Shown one piece after another: positions 1 through 8,929 of a DNA stretch of 64,000 bases. Numbering within the stretch: position 1 is the stretch's first letter; each line of letters begins with the position of its first letter. A model generated the notes under the pieces. That model ran no database searches, had not been told where the DNA came from, and worked only from the letters and a program-made list of their open reading frames with translations. The stretch covers positions 1,269-65,268 of the forward strand of contig JAFUAH010000004.1 of assembly GCA_017464345.1 (NCBI GenBank), given 5' to 3'. The position numbers were made by a program, and so were the translations under genes. The stretch comes from Bacteroidaceae bacterium. GTDB lineage: Bacteria > Bacteroidota > Bacteroidia > Bacteroidales > Bacteroidaceae.

Positions 1-233
1 GGGCACAATTCGTGTTTGAGAACAGAAACGCCCCGAATGGCGACAGTGTGCATGATTATGACATCGTGTATGGGCCGATAGCCAACGACCGTGTAGGTTT
101 GCAGATACGCAGGTATATGGAGAAGGAAATCACCTTCGACACGTTCCTTGAACGGTTAAAGTACATGAAGGGCGTTACATATCAGTATTTCTTCGGTACC
201 GAAAGGGCCATAACGCAGTTGCGGAAACTATGA
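1..233 (+). CDS. DUF3990-like protein, C-terminal fragment (5' end outside window)
   Basis: The frame is open from the window edge. The sequence ...DYDIVYGPIANDRVGLQI...YQYFFGTERA resembles the DUF3990 C-terminus as I recall it. The stop overlaps the next start (ATGA at 230-233). Confidence 0.5.
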   Translation, partial: AQFVFENRNAPNGDSVHDYDIVYGPIANDRVGLQIRRYMEKEITFDTFLERLKYMKGVTYQYFFGTERAITQLRKL

Positions 234-448
234 CGGACTTTGACTTTCAGGTGGAACTGATGGCACGCGACTTGGTGCTGTTGCTGATGGAGCGGCGCGG
301 AGTCACGATGCCCGAGGCGCTGGACACCCTGTATAACTCCGATACGTACAGCCGACTGAAGGACAGGCGTTCGGGCTTATACTTCCAGAGTCCAGGCTAT
401 GTCTATGATTTCCTAGAAAAGGAAATCTCCACGGGGCGGATGGGCTGA
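230..448 (+). CDS. DUF3791-like small protein, usual partner of DUF3990
   Basis: 72-aa ORF translationally coupled to the upstream ORF. The DUF3990/DUF3791 pairing is a recurrent two-gene module in Bacteroidales and Firmicutes mobile DNA. Confidence 0.5.
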   Translation: MTDFDFQVELMARDLVLLLMERRGVTMPEALDTLYNSDTYSRLKDRRSGLYFQSPGYVYDFLEKEISTGRMG

Positions 449-503
449 CCTGTTTTCTCCTTTTCAATTACAGCATCCGCGTACACACGTACTTCTTTAG
501 GAG

Positions 504-716
504 TCATTCCACGTCTATGCAGTACCGTTCGGCGATGAAGCGGACGACGTTCGGGGGCAGGACGCGGGCCTTCGGTTGCAGGCCCATGGCCTCGAGGTCG
601 GTGCGGTAGCGTTCGCACCAGGCCATCAGCGTCTTCACGCTCACACCGGCACGGTCGGCCAATTGTTGTTTCGACATTGCTTTCATAGTTCGTAGGTTTT
701 TTCCATACACATACAC
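504..716 (-). CDS. DUF4248-like small HTH protein
   Basis: 70-aa ORF. MSKQQLADRAGVSVKTLMAWCERY...LPPNVVRFIAE matches the DUF4248 pattern seen next to VirE/primase genes in Bacteroides mobile elements. Confidence 0.55.
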   Translation of the reverse strand: MYVYGKNLRTMKAMSKQQLADRAGVSVKTLMAWCERYRTDLEAMGLQPKARVLPPNVVRFIAERYCIDVE

Positions 717-803
717 ATCTTACACGGGTATTTGCAATCTCTCTCACACGTACGCAGGAACTCTCGGAGCGGCGAAAAGTTCCTGCGTACGCGCGAAGGA
801 CTC

Positions 804-2963
804 TTAAGAAACATCTGTATCATCTGTATGTGTATCGGTTTTGTTCTCTGTTTCGGCAGTGGATTCATGTGCCATGTAGTGGCGAATCTGGTGCATCTCA
901 TCGCCTGTGCGGCGCACAACGATGTAGCCGCGCGTGTTGCAGTAGGTGCGACGTTCGTAGCCCTGCTCTACGAAGGCACGTCCCAGGGCCACGGTGGAGA
1001 GTTTCTGTGTGATGCCCATGCCCACGATTTGCAGGGCCAGTGCCACGGACATAAACTCGCCGCCCTCACGCTCACTGGGTCGGCGGAAGTACATCTGCAC
1101 CAGTTCGTGTTCCAGCCGTGGCGTCTCGAACTGGCGGTTGTGGGCCGAGAGGCGCAGGATTTCCTCGCGGGAGAACCAGTAGCGGAAGCCCTGGCGATAG
1201 AGGGCGTAGGCCTGACGGTAGATGGCCTCGTAGTCGAAGGGCGTTTCGCGGGGCGAACGGATGTGCTCCACCTCGAACGGCAGCCAGCGGCGGTTGCCCG
1301 TGGGGTCGGAGAGGAACTGGACGTTGTTGCCCGTGCCGCAGAACGAGGCGATGTGCTTGCGGTGCTCGTGGAAGTGGGCGTAGGCGGCGCGCTCGTCGAT
1401 GGAGGGCATCGTCACGGCGGCCTTCAGTTGGTTGAGGTCGCGGGGCGACATGGTGTCCAGTTCCTCGCAGCATACGAGGCCGTACTGCGCCAGGGTCAGC
1501 AGGTCGTCGCGCCCCATGCGGTTGGCGTTGGTCTTGGTGTAGAAATATCTTGACAGTTCGGGCGGCAGGAGGTAGTTGAACCACGTGGTCTTGTACGACC
1601 CCTGTTCGCCGATGAGCACCAGTATGACGTTGTTTACCACCGCATCGTCCACCCACGCGGCCACCATGCCCACGAGCCACTTCCGCAGGTACAGGCAGAA
1701 CAGCCGTTGCTCCGCCTCGCCGCCCTTCACCGTTACCGTCTCGGCCAGGGTGCGGATGGGGTCAGGACCAGACCCACCCCCCGCCCTCCCTGTGAGGGAG
1801 GGAGTGGGGAGGGTCTCCAGATATTCCCTGAACGGATGGAATTCGGGCACGAAGTCGCTCTCTATCACGCGGTAGATGTCCTGTGCCCTGACGGCCTTGC
1901 GCTTCGACAGTTCCGCCCACAGCGAATTGACCACGCGGTCGGTGATAGGTTGCCAGTCTGGCCCGTACTCCACCCGCCCCGTTATCACATTGTGCCGTAA
2001 TCGGATATGTTCCTTTAGGAACGCCTGTATCTCCTCCACCGTGGCCAGGCCGCCGTTGTCCCCACCGTGTCCGTGAGGGTGCTTCTGTCCGCCCCGTGTA
2101 CCATGTTCCTCCGTCTTCTCGTAGCACGATGCCACCACTTCGGCCGCCTTGTCGTAGTCGGGAAATTCCTTGACAGCCCACTCCATGGCCGCCTCCCTTG
2201 TACACCCGAACTGGTTCAACCGGTAGCCCACGCGCATCACGTAGTCGTTGTGCGAGCCGGGCGCATACACCGCCCCCTCGCTCTCCACCTCCGGCCTGAT
2301 GGTCTTCGCGTAGAGCGCGCGGATGCGGGCCAGTTCGCGGTTGCGCTTGCGGCTCTCCTTCATCGGCTGCTGCATCCGTTCCCATTCGCCCTCTATCCAT
2401 TCTCGGCTGAACGCCTCGGCCTCGGGGTTGTAATAGACCTCGCTGTCGTGCGCCACCACGGACAGGCGCGTCACGTTCTTGCAATGGCCGTCCGCCTCGG
2501 CCCCCAGGAGCCGCTCGTAGTAGGCATTGCCCGCCGCGAACGCCTTCCGGTAGAACTGCACCTGCTGCCGGAGTTCGAACCCCTCATCCAGTTCGTAGCG
2601 GTACAGCACCCGCAGCCCCTCCCCGCTGATGGTCGTATAGCACAACAGCGTATGCGGGTCGGCCATAATTAAGGATTTCAATCCTTCCATTTTTCCATTT
2701 TTCAATGTTTCAATTTTATCAATATCGACCATCGCCATGCCCGTCAGCCTCACGACATGCTTCTGTGCCTTGCCGCCCTCGAAGATGCACGGCACGGCGA
2801 AGAGCATACTCTCGTTCTTCAGCGAGTCCTGCCTGTCCTGCCGATACCCTTCGGTCAGTTCCCGCGTCCGCCGGTCAGAGCGAATCGCCTCCACCATCGC
2901 CTCCAGCGTACTGCTCCGAGGCACCGTGTCCCAGAAGTTCCGAAATACTGATACTTCCACCAT
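804..2963 (-). CDS. VirE-family / BT4734-like primase-helicase (P-loop NTPase) of a mobile element
   Basis: The long ORF extends to 3014; I prefer the start at MVEVSVFRN. The N-terminus is a BT4734/PriCT-like region. The central Walker A is LIGEQGSYKTTW, followed by a VirE-like core (RRWLPFEV). Confidence 0.8.
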   Translation of the reverse strand: MVEVSVFRNFWDTVPRSSTLEAMVEAIRSDRRTRELTEGYRQDRQDSLKNESMLFAVPCIFEGGKAQKHVVRLTGMAMVDIDKIETLKNGKMEGLKSLIMADPHTLLCYTTISGEGLRVLYRYELDEGFELRQQVQFYRKAFAAGNAYYERLLGAEADGHCKNVTRLSVVAHDSEVYYNPEAEAFSREWIEGEWERMQQPMKESRKRNRELARIRALYAKTIRPEVESEGAVYAPGSHNDYVMRVGYRLNQFGCTREAAMEWAVKEFPDYDKAAEVVASCYEKTEEHGTRGGQKHPHGHGGDNGGLATVEEIQAFLKEHIRLRHNVITGRVEYGPDWQPITDRVVNSLWAELSKRKAVRAQDIYRVIESDFVPEFHPFREYLETLPTPSLTGRAGGGSGPDPIRTLAETVTVKGGEAEQRLFCLYLRKWLVGMVAAWVDDAVVNNVILVLIGEQGSYKTTWFNYLLPPELSRYFYTKTNANRMGRDDLLTLAQYGLVCCEELDTMSPRDLNQLKAAVTMPSIDERAAYAHFHEHRKHIASFCGTGNNVQFLSDPTGNRRWLPFEVEHIRSPRETPFDYEAIYRQAYALYRQGFRYWFSREEILRLSAHNRQFETPRLEHELVQMYFRRPSEREGGEFMSVALALQIVGMGITQKLSTVALGRAFVEQGYERRTYCNTRGYIVVRRTGDEMHQIRHYMAHESTAETENKTDTHTDDTDVS

Positions 2964-3269
2964 AATCTTTTCATCCTTTAAGTAACTAATCAAAAACGAC
3001 TTTATTTTTAACACAGAGAATATCTTTTTTAGTGGAATTATACAAGAGGCATCGAAGATGCTGCACAGAGAGGCTACGCCCTTCTTGGACGAGCGGTGTC
3101 TCGCCGTAGGCCTCTGTGTAAGACCTTTGGTCTCTCTTGCGTCCTCTCATAAAATGATAATCTCTGTGTTGAATGCTTAGGCAAAGTTACGGCAATTCGC
3201 AGAGAGCAACAAGCATCTGCACGGCGATGTTCGTTCGCCGTGCGATTATTCAACCCATAGGTTACAAAC

Positions 3270-3431
3270 TCAGTCCCGGAAAAGGTCGCGGACGCGCACA
3301 TCGAGCGCATCCGCTATCTGGTGCAACCGTTCCAGCGAAGGGTCGCACCGCCCACTTATGAACTTGCTCATGGCCTGGGGCGAGATGCCAATCCGCCGGG
3401 CCAAGGCCGTTGCACTTACGTTTTTTCCCAC
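3270..3431 (-). CDS. XRE-family HTH protein; helix 1 is in another frame (apparent A6 homopolymer frameshift)
   Basis: Hand translation gives (V)GKNVSATALARRIGISPQAMSKFISGRCDPSLERLHQIADALDVRVRDLFRD*. An ATG at 3484 opens MKAKTRQYDSQLQLLRVMWEKT*, which would fuse in frame if the A6 run (3421-3426 on plus) were A7. Confidence 0.5.
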   Translation of the reverse strand: MGKNVSATALARRIGISPQAMSKFISGRCDPSLERLHQIADALDVRVRDLFRD

Positions 3432-3518
3432 ATCACACGCAGCAGTTGCAACTGCGAGTCGTACTGTCTTGTTTTTGCTTTCATTGCTTTTGTTACGATT
3501 AAAAAATTAGACAAAATA
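3341..3518. repeat. Left copy of 178-bp direct repeat (5' part and -7 region of the XRE gene)
   Basis: Hand alignment with 10293-10470 gives 170/178 identical positions with no indels. Confidence 0.9.
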
Positions 3519-3763
3519 AGTTGGGGAGTGCAAAGGTACTCTATTTCCTTATGCACCCAAAACTATTAACGATATTTGTGCTACGGATTCACGACTATTA
3601 CAAATTGAATATGCATTGTGGCAGAAGAAACGAGTAGGGGAGAATGGTTCGATTCTTAAATTGCATATCCTGCATCCCAGGTTGCACGGTACAAATACAT
3701 TGACCATAGGGATGAGCAAGGACGATAGGCTTTGGCCAAATCTTAATATATATGCACTTTCTG

Positions 3764-3794
3764 TTTGCAAATATGAGAATTATTTGTAATTTTG
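3764..3794 (+). promoter_or_regulatory. Bacteroidetes-type promoter (TTTG-N19-TAatTTTG) for the cassette's plus-strand operon
   Basis: TTTG lies at 3764-3767 and TAATTTTG at 3787-3794, with the ATG at 3812. This matches the published Bacteroides -33/-7 consensus TTTG / TAnnTTTG. Confidence 0.6.
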
Positions 3795-3811
3795 CAGAAA
3801 TATTTTCAATT

Positions 3812-4054
3812 ATGGAGAAACAAGCAGATAATAGCATTGCTAAGCGTTTCCTCAAAATGGAGATGCTTCGCCGTGGTATCAGTACAGAAGATTTACAAAT
3901 GTTGTTATCCAAACGGGGGCACACCTATACTCTGTCAAGCATCAACAGCAAAATAAGCCGTGGCACATTCAGTGCCTCCTTCATGATAGAGTGTCTTGAG
4001 GCAATGAAATGCGACAAAATAGAACTCAATAATATCGTTGTAGACAATGAGTAG
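3812..4054 (+). CDS. DUF6471-like small HTH protein (putative regulator of the cassette)
   Basis: MEKQADNSIAKRFLKMEMLRRGIS...INSKISRGTFSASFMIECLEAMKC matches the DUF6471 pattern (..NKISRGKFSA.F..QCL.A.). The ORF track starts at 3752; the ATG at 3812 fits the promoter. Confidence 0.6.
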   Translation: MEKQADNSIAKRFLKMEMLRRGISTEDLQMLLSKRGHTYTLSSINSKISRGTFSASFMIECLEAMKCDKIELNNIVVDNE

Positions 4055-6587
4055 TTGTATCAACAAATTAGTTCAATATGTCAATACCTCGCTTAGATAT
4101 CATGACAAAGCGGGAATGGATGAGATATGTGCATCCATTGCCATCATGTATACCATCAAAAGACTTTCAGAATCAGGTCTAAATGGAAATCCATTCCAAG
4201 ATGAATATACGGTATTGAAACTCCACTTTAATGATTTGGTTGAAAGTTACGACCACTATACAAGCCAACTACCTTCTGAGCAACTGCAACAAATTAGCAG
4301 CCTTCTTGATGACATACTCAAAGCCAATGCCAAAGATGACAATATGGTCTCATGGATATATCAGGAACTGAAATCGACTTTAGCCAAGGATGCCTTGAAG
4401 AAAATTGGAAGCGGTAAGAACAAACTGACAGGTAACGAGATTCTCGTCCAAACCCAGTTCTTTACTGACAGTTATATGGTTAGGTACCTTGTTGACGAAA
4501 CTTTCGACCTATGTGAAAAAAATCTTCCGCAGGTCGTGTTTATCGACCCGGCCTGTGGCGGTGGCAATTTCCTGACGTACATCTACACCAAATTGTTCAA
4601 CTGGTACTCCGCCCACACTGATAATGACGCAGAGGTTATTAACTCACTAATTCTCAAAAACAATATCATCGGTTACGACCTTGACAAAAAGCTGTCAAGA
4701 ATAGCAGCATTATCATTATATACGTGTAGCAGACTTCACTCCAGCATCCCAAATACAACAGAAGTATTTGTTTACGGAGGTCTCAATGATGACCCTAAAG
4801 GCTTCCTTGCGAATCATGTCAAATCCAACGCCATTGGGGGAATAGACCTATCGCAGAGGCTGGCATCCATACGTGAGCAGGAAGCCCCCATCGTTTATGT
4901 CACCAACCCACCATTTATGGGAAAAAGAGACATGGATACCAGTTTGAAAGAATACCTGCAAAGCTATTATTCCAGGTCAAAAGGTGACTTGTGCTTTACC
5001 TTCATGGAGCAGATTATGCGCAGTATGCGAGAGCAAGACATTTTTGCCGCAGTTACTCAAAACGGTTGGATGTCTTTGTCATCCATGAAGGATTTCCGTA
5101 GAATGTTACTTGATAAATATTATCTCCGTACATGTATTGATATGGGGCCTAATGCCTTTGAGAATATCAATGGCGAGAAAACCAACATCGTTCTGTCTGT
5201 TATCACAGGTAAGAAGCCAAAGGATGGGCTACATAGTTCCTTTGTCAATCTGAGAGGGCATAATATGGTCGATAAACGAACGGCCTTGTCTAAACGCAAC
5301 TATGAAGTATATTCCGTATGCCAGGATAATTTCTGGCACAATTCCAATCTTGAATTTTGCTATCAATTAGGCAATGACTTCGAACTATTCAAGTCAATGC
5401 ACCGATATAGCGTATTGGGGAAGTGCATGCAGGGTTCTTCGACTGGTGACAACAAATTGATGGTGAAATATATATGGGAAACCGACGAGGAGGGATGGGT
5501 GCTTGCCAGCAAGGGCGGAGGTTACAGCAAGTGGGGAGGCCTTAACTTCTACAAAGTAAAGTGGGGCAAGCGGGGAGAACTACTTAAAGGCAACAAAGGA
5601 AGTGCCCTGAGGAATTCTAGCGAGATAGACAATACGGCCATTGTATATAGCGACACAGGCACATTAGGATTAAGTACCAGAGAACGGCTTGACGGTCAAG
5701 TATTCATTGCTTCTGGGCCTGGCATCAAGGTGTTGAAAGGAGATCCTCTTTGTCATCTTGCTTTCCTGAACTCAAAGTTGGCCACCTATTTCCTAAAGGT
5801 CTTGAATCCTAAGTTTACGGTGAGTGCTGGCTACATTGGAAAGATACCCGTAGCCGACGGAATCCTAGACAGCCCTTTCATATCATCACTGGCAGCCAAG
5901 TGTATCAGGCTCAAGCAGGAATATTTAAGCAGAAAACTTCCAAACTTCGAATTCGTACATGTGGACTATAAGGCCATATTAGACGTGGACTGCTATGTGG
6001 AGGCATGTATTAAAGAGGATGTATTTAACCAATATCGCCGCTATGTGTATGAGCAAGCCATTGATATGTTTATTTTGGATAAATACCAACTCTCTGATAC
6101 ACAGGAAAAAGAGTATGAAAAGATGACTGGCAGCAATATGACCTACACTGGAGACCTGCTGAACATGCGAAAAATTGACAAAATGCTTGCATCCACGATG
6201 AATGGCTGCTGCCAGTCTGTAAGTCGGAAGTTGAACGGATACATCATAGGAACAGAAAATTGCATCGACATGATTTCTTATATGTATTCACTGCGCCCCA
6301 AGGACATTGCCAGATACCTCATAGAGAACGTATCGTCTTTGTCTATTACCAAACGACTGTATAAAAGAGACTTGATACACAAATTGATATTGCAGACTTC
6401 AGGAATATATTCTTTGTCACACGTCCAGCCAGTATTATCCTTGACGGTGGATGACATCCATGCACAACTCATGGAAAACTATCCTGAATTGTATCGGCTA
6501 CTGCAAATCACACCAGAGACGATAAGGGAGATTATTAGTGTAGTTCATCAGAAATGCTTCTTCAATCATCCCATTCTTAAATTATGA
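4047..6587 (+). CDS. N6-adenine DNA methyltransferase, PglX/BREX-like gamma-class architecture
   Basis: Motifs are QTQFFTDSYMVRYLV, motif I FIDPACGGGNFL and motif IV VTNPPFMGK, followed by a long C-terminal region (presumed target recognition). The ORF overlaps both neighbours (8 nt and ATGA). Confidence 0.75.
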   Translation: MSSCINKLVQYVNTSLRYHDKAGMDEICASIAIMYTIKRLSESGLNGNPFQDEYTVLKLHFNDLVESYDHYTSQLPSEQLQQISSLLDDILKANAKDDNMVSWIYQELKSTLAKDALKKIGSGKNKLTGNEILVQTQFFTDSYMVRYLVDETFDLCEKNLPQVVFIDPACGGGNFLTYIYTKLFNWYSAHTDNDAEVINSLILKNNIIGYDLDKKLSRIAALSLYTCSRLHSSIPNTTEVFVYGGLNDDPKGFLANHVKSNAIGGIDLSQRLASIREQEAPIVYVTNPPFMGKRDMDTSLKEYLQSYYSRSKGDLCFTFMEQIMRSMREQDIFAAVTQNGWMSLSSMKDFRRMLLDKYYLRTCIDMGPNAFENINGEKTNIVLSVITGKKPKDGLHSSFVNLRGHNMVDKRTALSKRNYEVYSVCQDNFWHNSNLEFCYQLGNDFELFKSMHRYSVLGKCMQGSSTGDNKLMVKYIWETDEEGWVLASKGGGYSKWGGLNFYKVKWGKRGELLKGNKGSALRNSSEIDNTAIVYSDTGTLGLSTRERLDGQVFIASGPGIKVLKGDPLCHLAFLNSKLATYFLKVLNPKFTVSAGYIGKIPVADGILDSPFISSLAAKCIRLKQEYLSRKLPNFEFVHVDYKAILDVDCYVEACIKEDVFNQYRRYVYEQAIDMFILDKYQLSDTQEKEYEKMTGSNMTYTGDLLNMRKIDKMLASTMNGCCQSVSRKLNGYIIGTENCIDMISYMYSLRPKDIARYLIENVSSLSITKRLYKRDLIHKLILQTSGIYSLSHVQPVLSLTVDDIHAQLMENYPELYRLLQITPETIREIISVVHQKCFFNHPILKL

Positions 6588-8929
6588 ATTACCTCCAATT
6601 ATATAGGGATACCTTGTCAGCCGTTTTGGCAACTCGACAAAAGGATGGTGCAATCATTGACCCTGCCCAGACACACAGACTGATGGTCACCGCCCGTGCT
6701 TATTTTGTAGTTTATTGTTATGTGGTGTCCCATGCTTATAAATGGGGCAGTGCTATGAGCACGCTTGAAGATTGCATCAACTGGATAAAGAAGAATCTTT
6801 CACCAGAAAATCCATTCCTGCTTGTATACGAACAAACAGATGGACAAATCAACTCATGCATAGAATATTATTTGCGACAGATAGACTCTGAAAGCCTTTC
6901 CTGTAATGTGGGTATCATCTATGAAACGCTGCTGCAAATTGATGTCAGTGGAAGTTCTGTAATTGACGGAGATACTTCAAGGAACAGTCAAGGTAGTTAC
7001 TATACTCCAAGTAAACTTGCATCATACGTAACAGAATCTGTCATCGCCAACTATGTAGAAAATAATGGTTTTGAGGCATTGGGCAAGGCTCGCATTCTTG
7101 ATTTTTCATGCGGATCAGGTGTTTTCCTGACAGAAGCACTTCGCAGCATAGGTAAAACCATGAGGATGTCGAAGGCTGGACTATCGGAGTTTGTAGAGAA
7201 TCTATATGCCTGTGATGTGGATTTCATTGCTTTAGAGATATGCAAGTTCAACATCATGGACTTTATCGAAGACATAGGCATATACGCTAAGTTATCCAAA
7301 AATTTCAAGCATGCAAATTTCCTTTTGGACACGATGAATGAGAAGGATAACATTGAAAAGATAAACTCCTATCTTGATGGCTTTCTGTATCACAAGGACC
7401 TTGCCATAGGCATTGACTTCTTGTCAGAATATGACATTATTCTTGGCAACCCGCCATGGGAGAAAATAAGGTTTGAGGAAAAGAGTTTCTATGCACAATA
7501 CGAATCATCCATCGGCAAGTTGAACTTCAAACCCAATTTGCAGACAGGCATAGAGAGTGCAGAGGTTTCGAATCTGCTACTAAAGAACTATTGTCAACAA
7601 TACAGGCAACAAATAATAGACACCAAGGCATTTATCAAAGTCTCGCCACGTTTCGCAGCCTCTTGCGCTGGAGAACTCAATACGAGCAACCTGTTTACAG
7701 AGGCTGCATACAACCTCATGTCAGGAAAAGCATGTGTAGGGATTATCATCAAGAGTTCCACTATTGCCACTAAGGCCAGTAAGCCCTTGTTCGTGAAAAT
7801 CTGTGATAGGATTGATACTGTCTTTGACTTTATCAACCGAAAAAGATACTTCAATATTGACAATAGGGAGAGGTTTACGCTATTGATGATGGATAACAAG
7901 CCACACCAAGGCTTTAGACTGGCTATGAACGTTCATGATGTTGACAGTATAGAGGAGAACATTGTTAAAATTACGAAAGAGGAACTGCACCTCCTTAATC
8001 CCGAGACAGAAATGATTCCCAATCTCTCTTCCTCGAAGGATTTGCCTATCATGCTGTCCATCTATAAGACTTTTAATACTATTGCTGACGAATTCCCGAA
8101 GTTAAAGTACGGCAGACTAGTTCATTTTACGAATCACGCTACAGACATAGAGCGAGAACAAGGGCCGAACAACATCCCTGTCTATGAAGGGAAATTCTTT
8201 TCTGCTTTTGATGGGATGTACGCAGGTTTTAACCATATTCCTGAAACCGACAGATACAAAGCAAAAGCCCATGCGCGAAAGTTGTCTGATAAAGAAAAGC
8301 GGAATCATTGTTATCCCGAGTCGAGATTCTTTATCAAGAAGAGGAAATGGAAAGCATTGTCAGCAACCTATAAAGACGATTATATGTTGGCCTGGCATAG
8401 CCTGACATCGGCCACCAACGAACGCGCTTGCATAGCAACGATACTGCCTTTCATGCCAGCCTCACAGTCTGTTCAGTTTCTGACAACTGGCTCCACTGAT
8501 GCGCTGGTCTATTTGTGTTGCCTATTCAACTCGGTAGTGTTTGACTATATTGTGAAGAACAAATTGACAGGCATCGACCTGACCCAAAGTTTCATCAAGC
8601 AGATCGCAATCCCCAGCATTGACGAGGTGAAAACATACGTTGTTAATTACTGCGGGAAAGCCACCAATGTCTTTTCGCTCCTTCACGATATTTGCAGGAC
8701 GATACTTAAAGACGACGAGCGTTTGACAGCCCTATGGCCACAAAACAAGGACTTGGGTCACATTTTACCGTCAGGCAGAAGGGATTTACTTGTCCTAATG
8801 GATGCGCTGATTTCCCTTGTATATCAGATTCCCGAGGATGATTTGAAATACATCTTCACATCATATTCAAACTATTCAGCAAGTGAGACTGAAAGTATAA
8901 TTGCACAAATTACTCGTCTAAAGGCTTAA
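6584..8929 (+). CDS. N6-adenine DNA methyltransferase, Eco57I / Alw26I-Eco31I-Esp3I-like
   Basis: Motifs are GSYYTPSKLA, motif I ILDFSCGSGVFL and motif IV LGNPPWEKIRF. The C-terminal half is unassigned. Confidence 0.75.
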   Translation: MNYLQLYRDTLSAVLATRQKDGAIIDPAQTHRLMVTARAYFVVYCYVVSHAYKWGSAMSTLEDCINWIKKNLSPENPFLLVYEQTDGQINSCIEYYLRQIDSESLSCNVGIIYETLLQIDVSGSSVIDGDTSRNSQGSYYTPSKLASYVTESVIANYVENNGFEALGKARILDFSCGSGVFLTEALRSIGKTMRMSKAGLSEFVENLYACDVDFIALEICKFNIMDFIEDIGIYAKLSKNFKHANFLLDTMNEKDNIEKINSYLDGFLYHKDLAIGIDFLSEYDIILGNPPWEKIRFEEKSFYAQYESSIGKLNFKPNLQTGIESAEVSNLLLKNYCQQYRQQIIDTKAFIKVSPRFAASCAGELNTSNLFTEAAYNLMSGKACVGIIIKSSTIATKASKPLFVKICDRIDTVFDFINRKRYFNIDNRERFTLLMMDNKPHQGFRLAMNVHDVDSIEENIVKITKEELHLLNPETEMIPNLSSSKDLPIMLSIYKTFNTIADEFPKLKYGRLVHFTNHATDIEREQGPNNIPVYEGKFFSAFDGMYAGFNHIPETDRYKAKAHARKLSDKEKRNHCYPESRFFIKKRKWKALSATYKDDYMLAWHSLTSATNERACIATILPFMPASQSVQFLTTGSTDALVYLCCLFNSVVFDYIVKNKLTGIDLTQSFIKQIAIPSIDEVKTYVVNYCGKATNVFSLLHDICRTILKDDERLTALWPQNKDLGHILPSGRRDLLVLMDALISLVYQIPEDDLKYIFTSYSNYSASETESIIAQITRLKA

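Noticed and set aside
3598-3924. ORFs 3549-3770 and 3598-3924 (minus) and 3321-3569 / 10201-10506 (plus) around the repeat copies
   Set aside because: The plus-strand ORFs are the antisense reading of the XRE repeat. The minus-strand ones sit in AT-rich promoter DNA, overlap the better-supported DUF6471 gene, and show no motifs.
4047-6587. Calling the cassette a BREX system because the first methylase is PglX-like
   Set aside because: No PglZ, BrxC/PglY, BrxA/B or BrxL-like genes are present. The cassette has only four genes between its repeats, so a BREX call is not supported.
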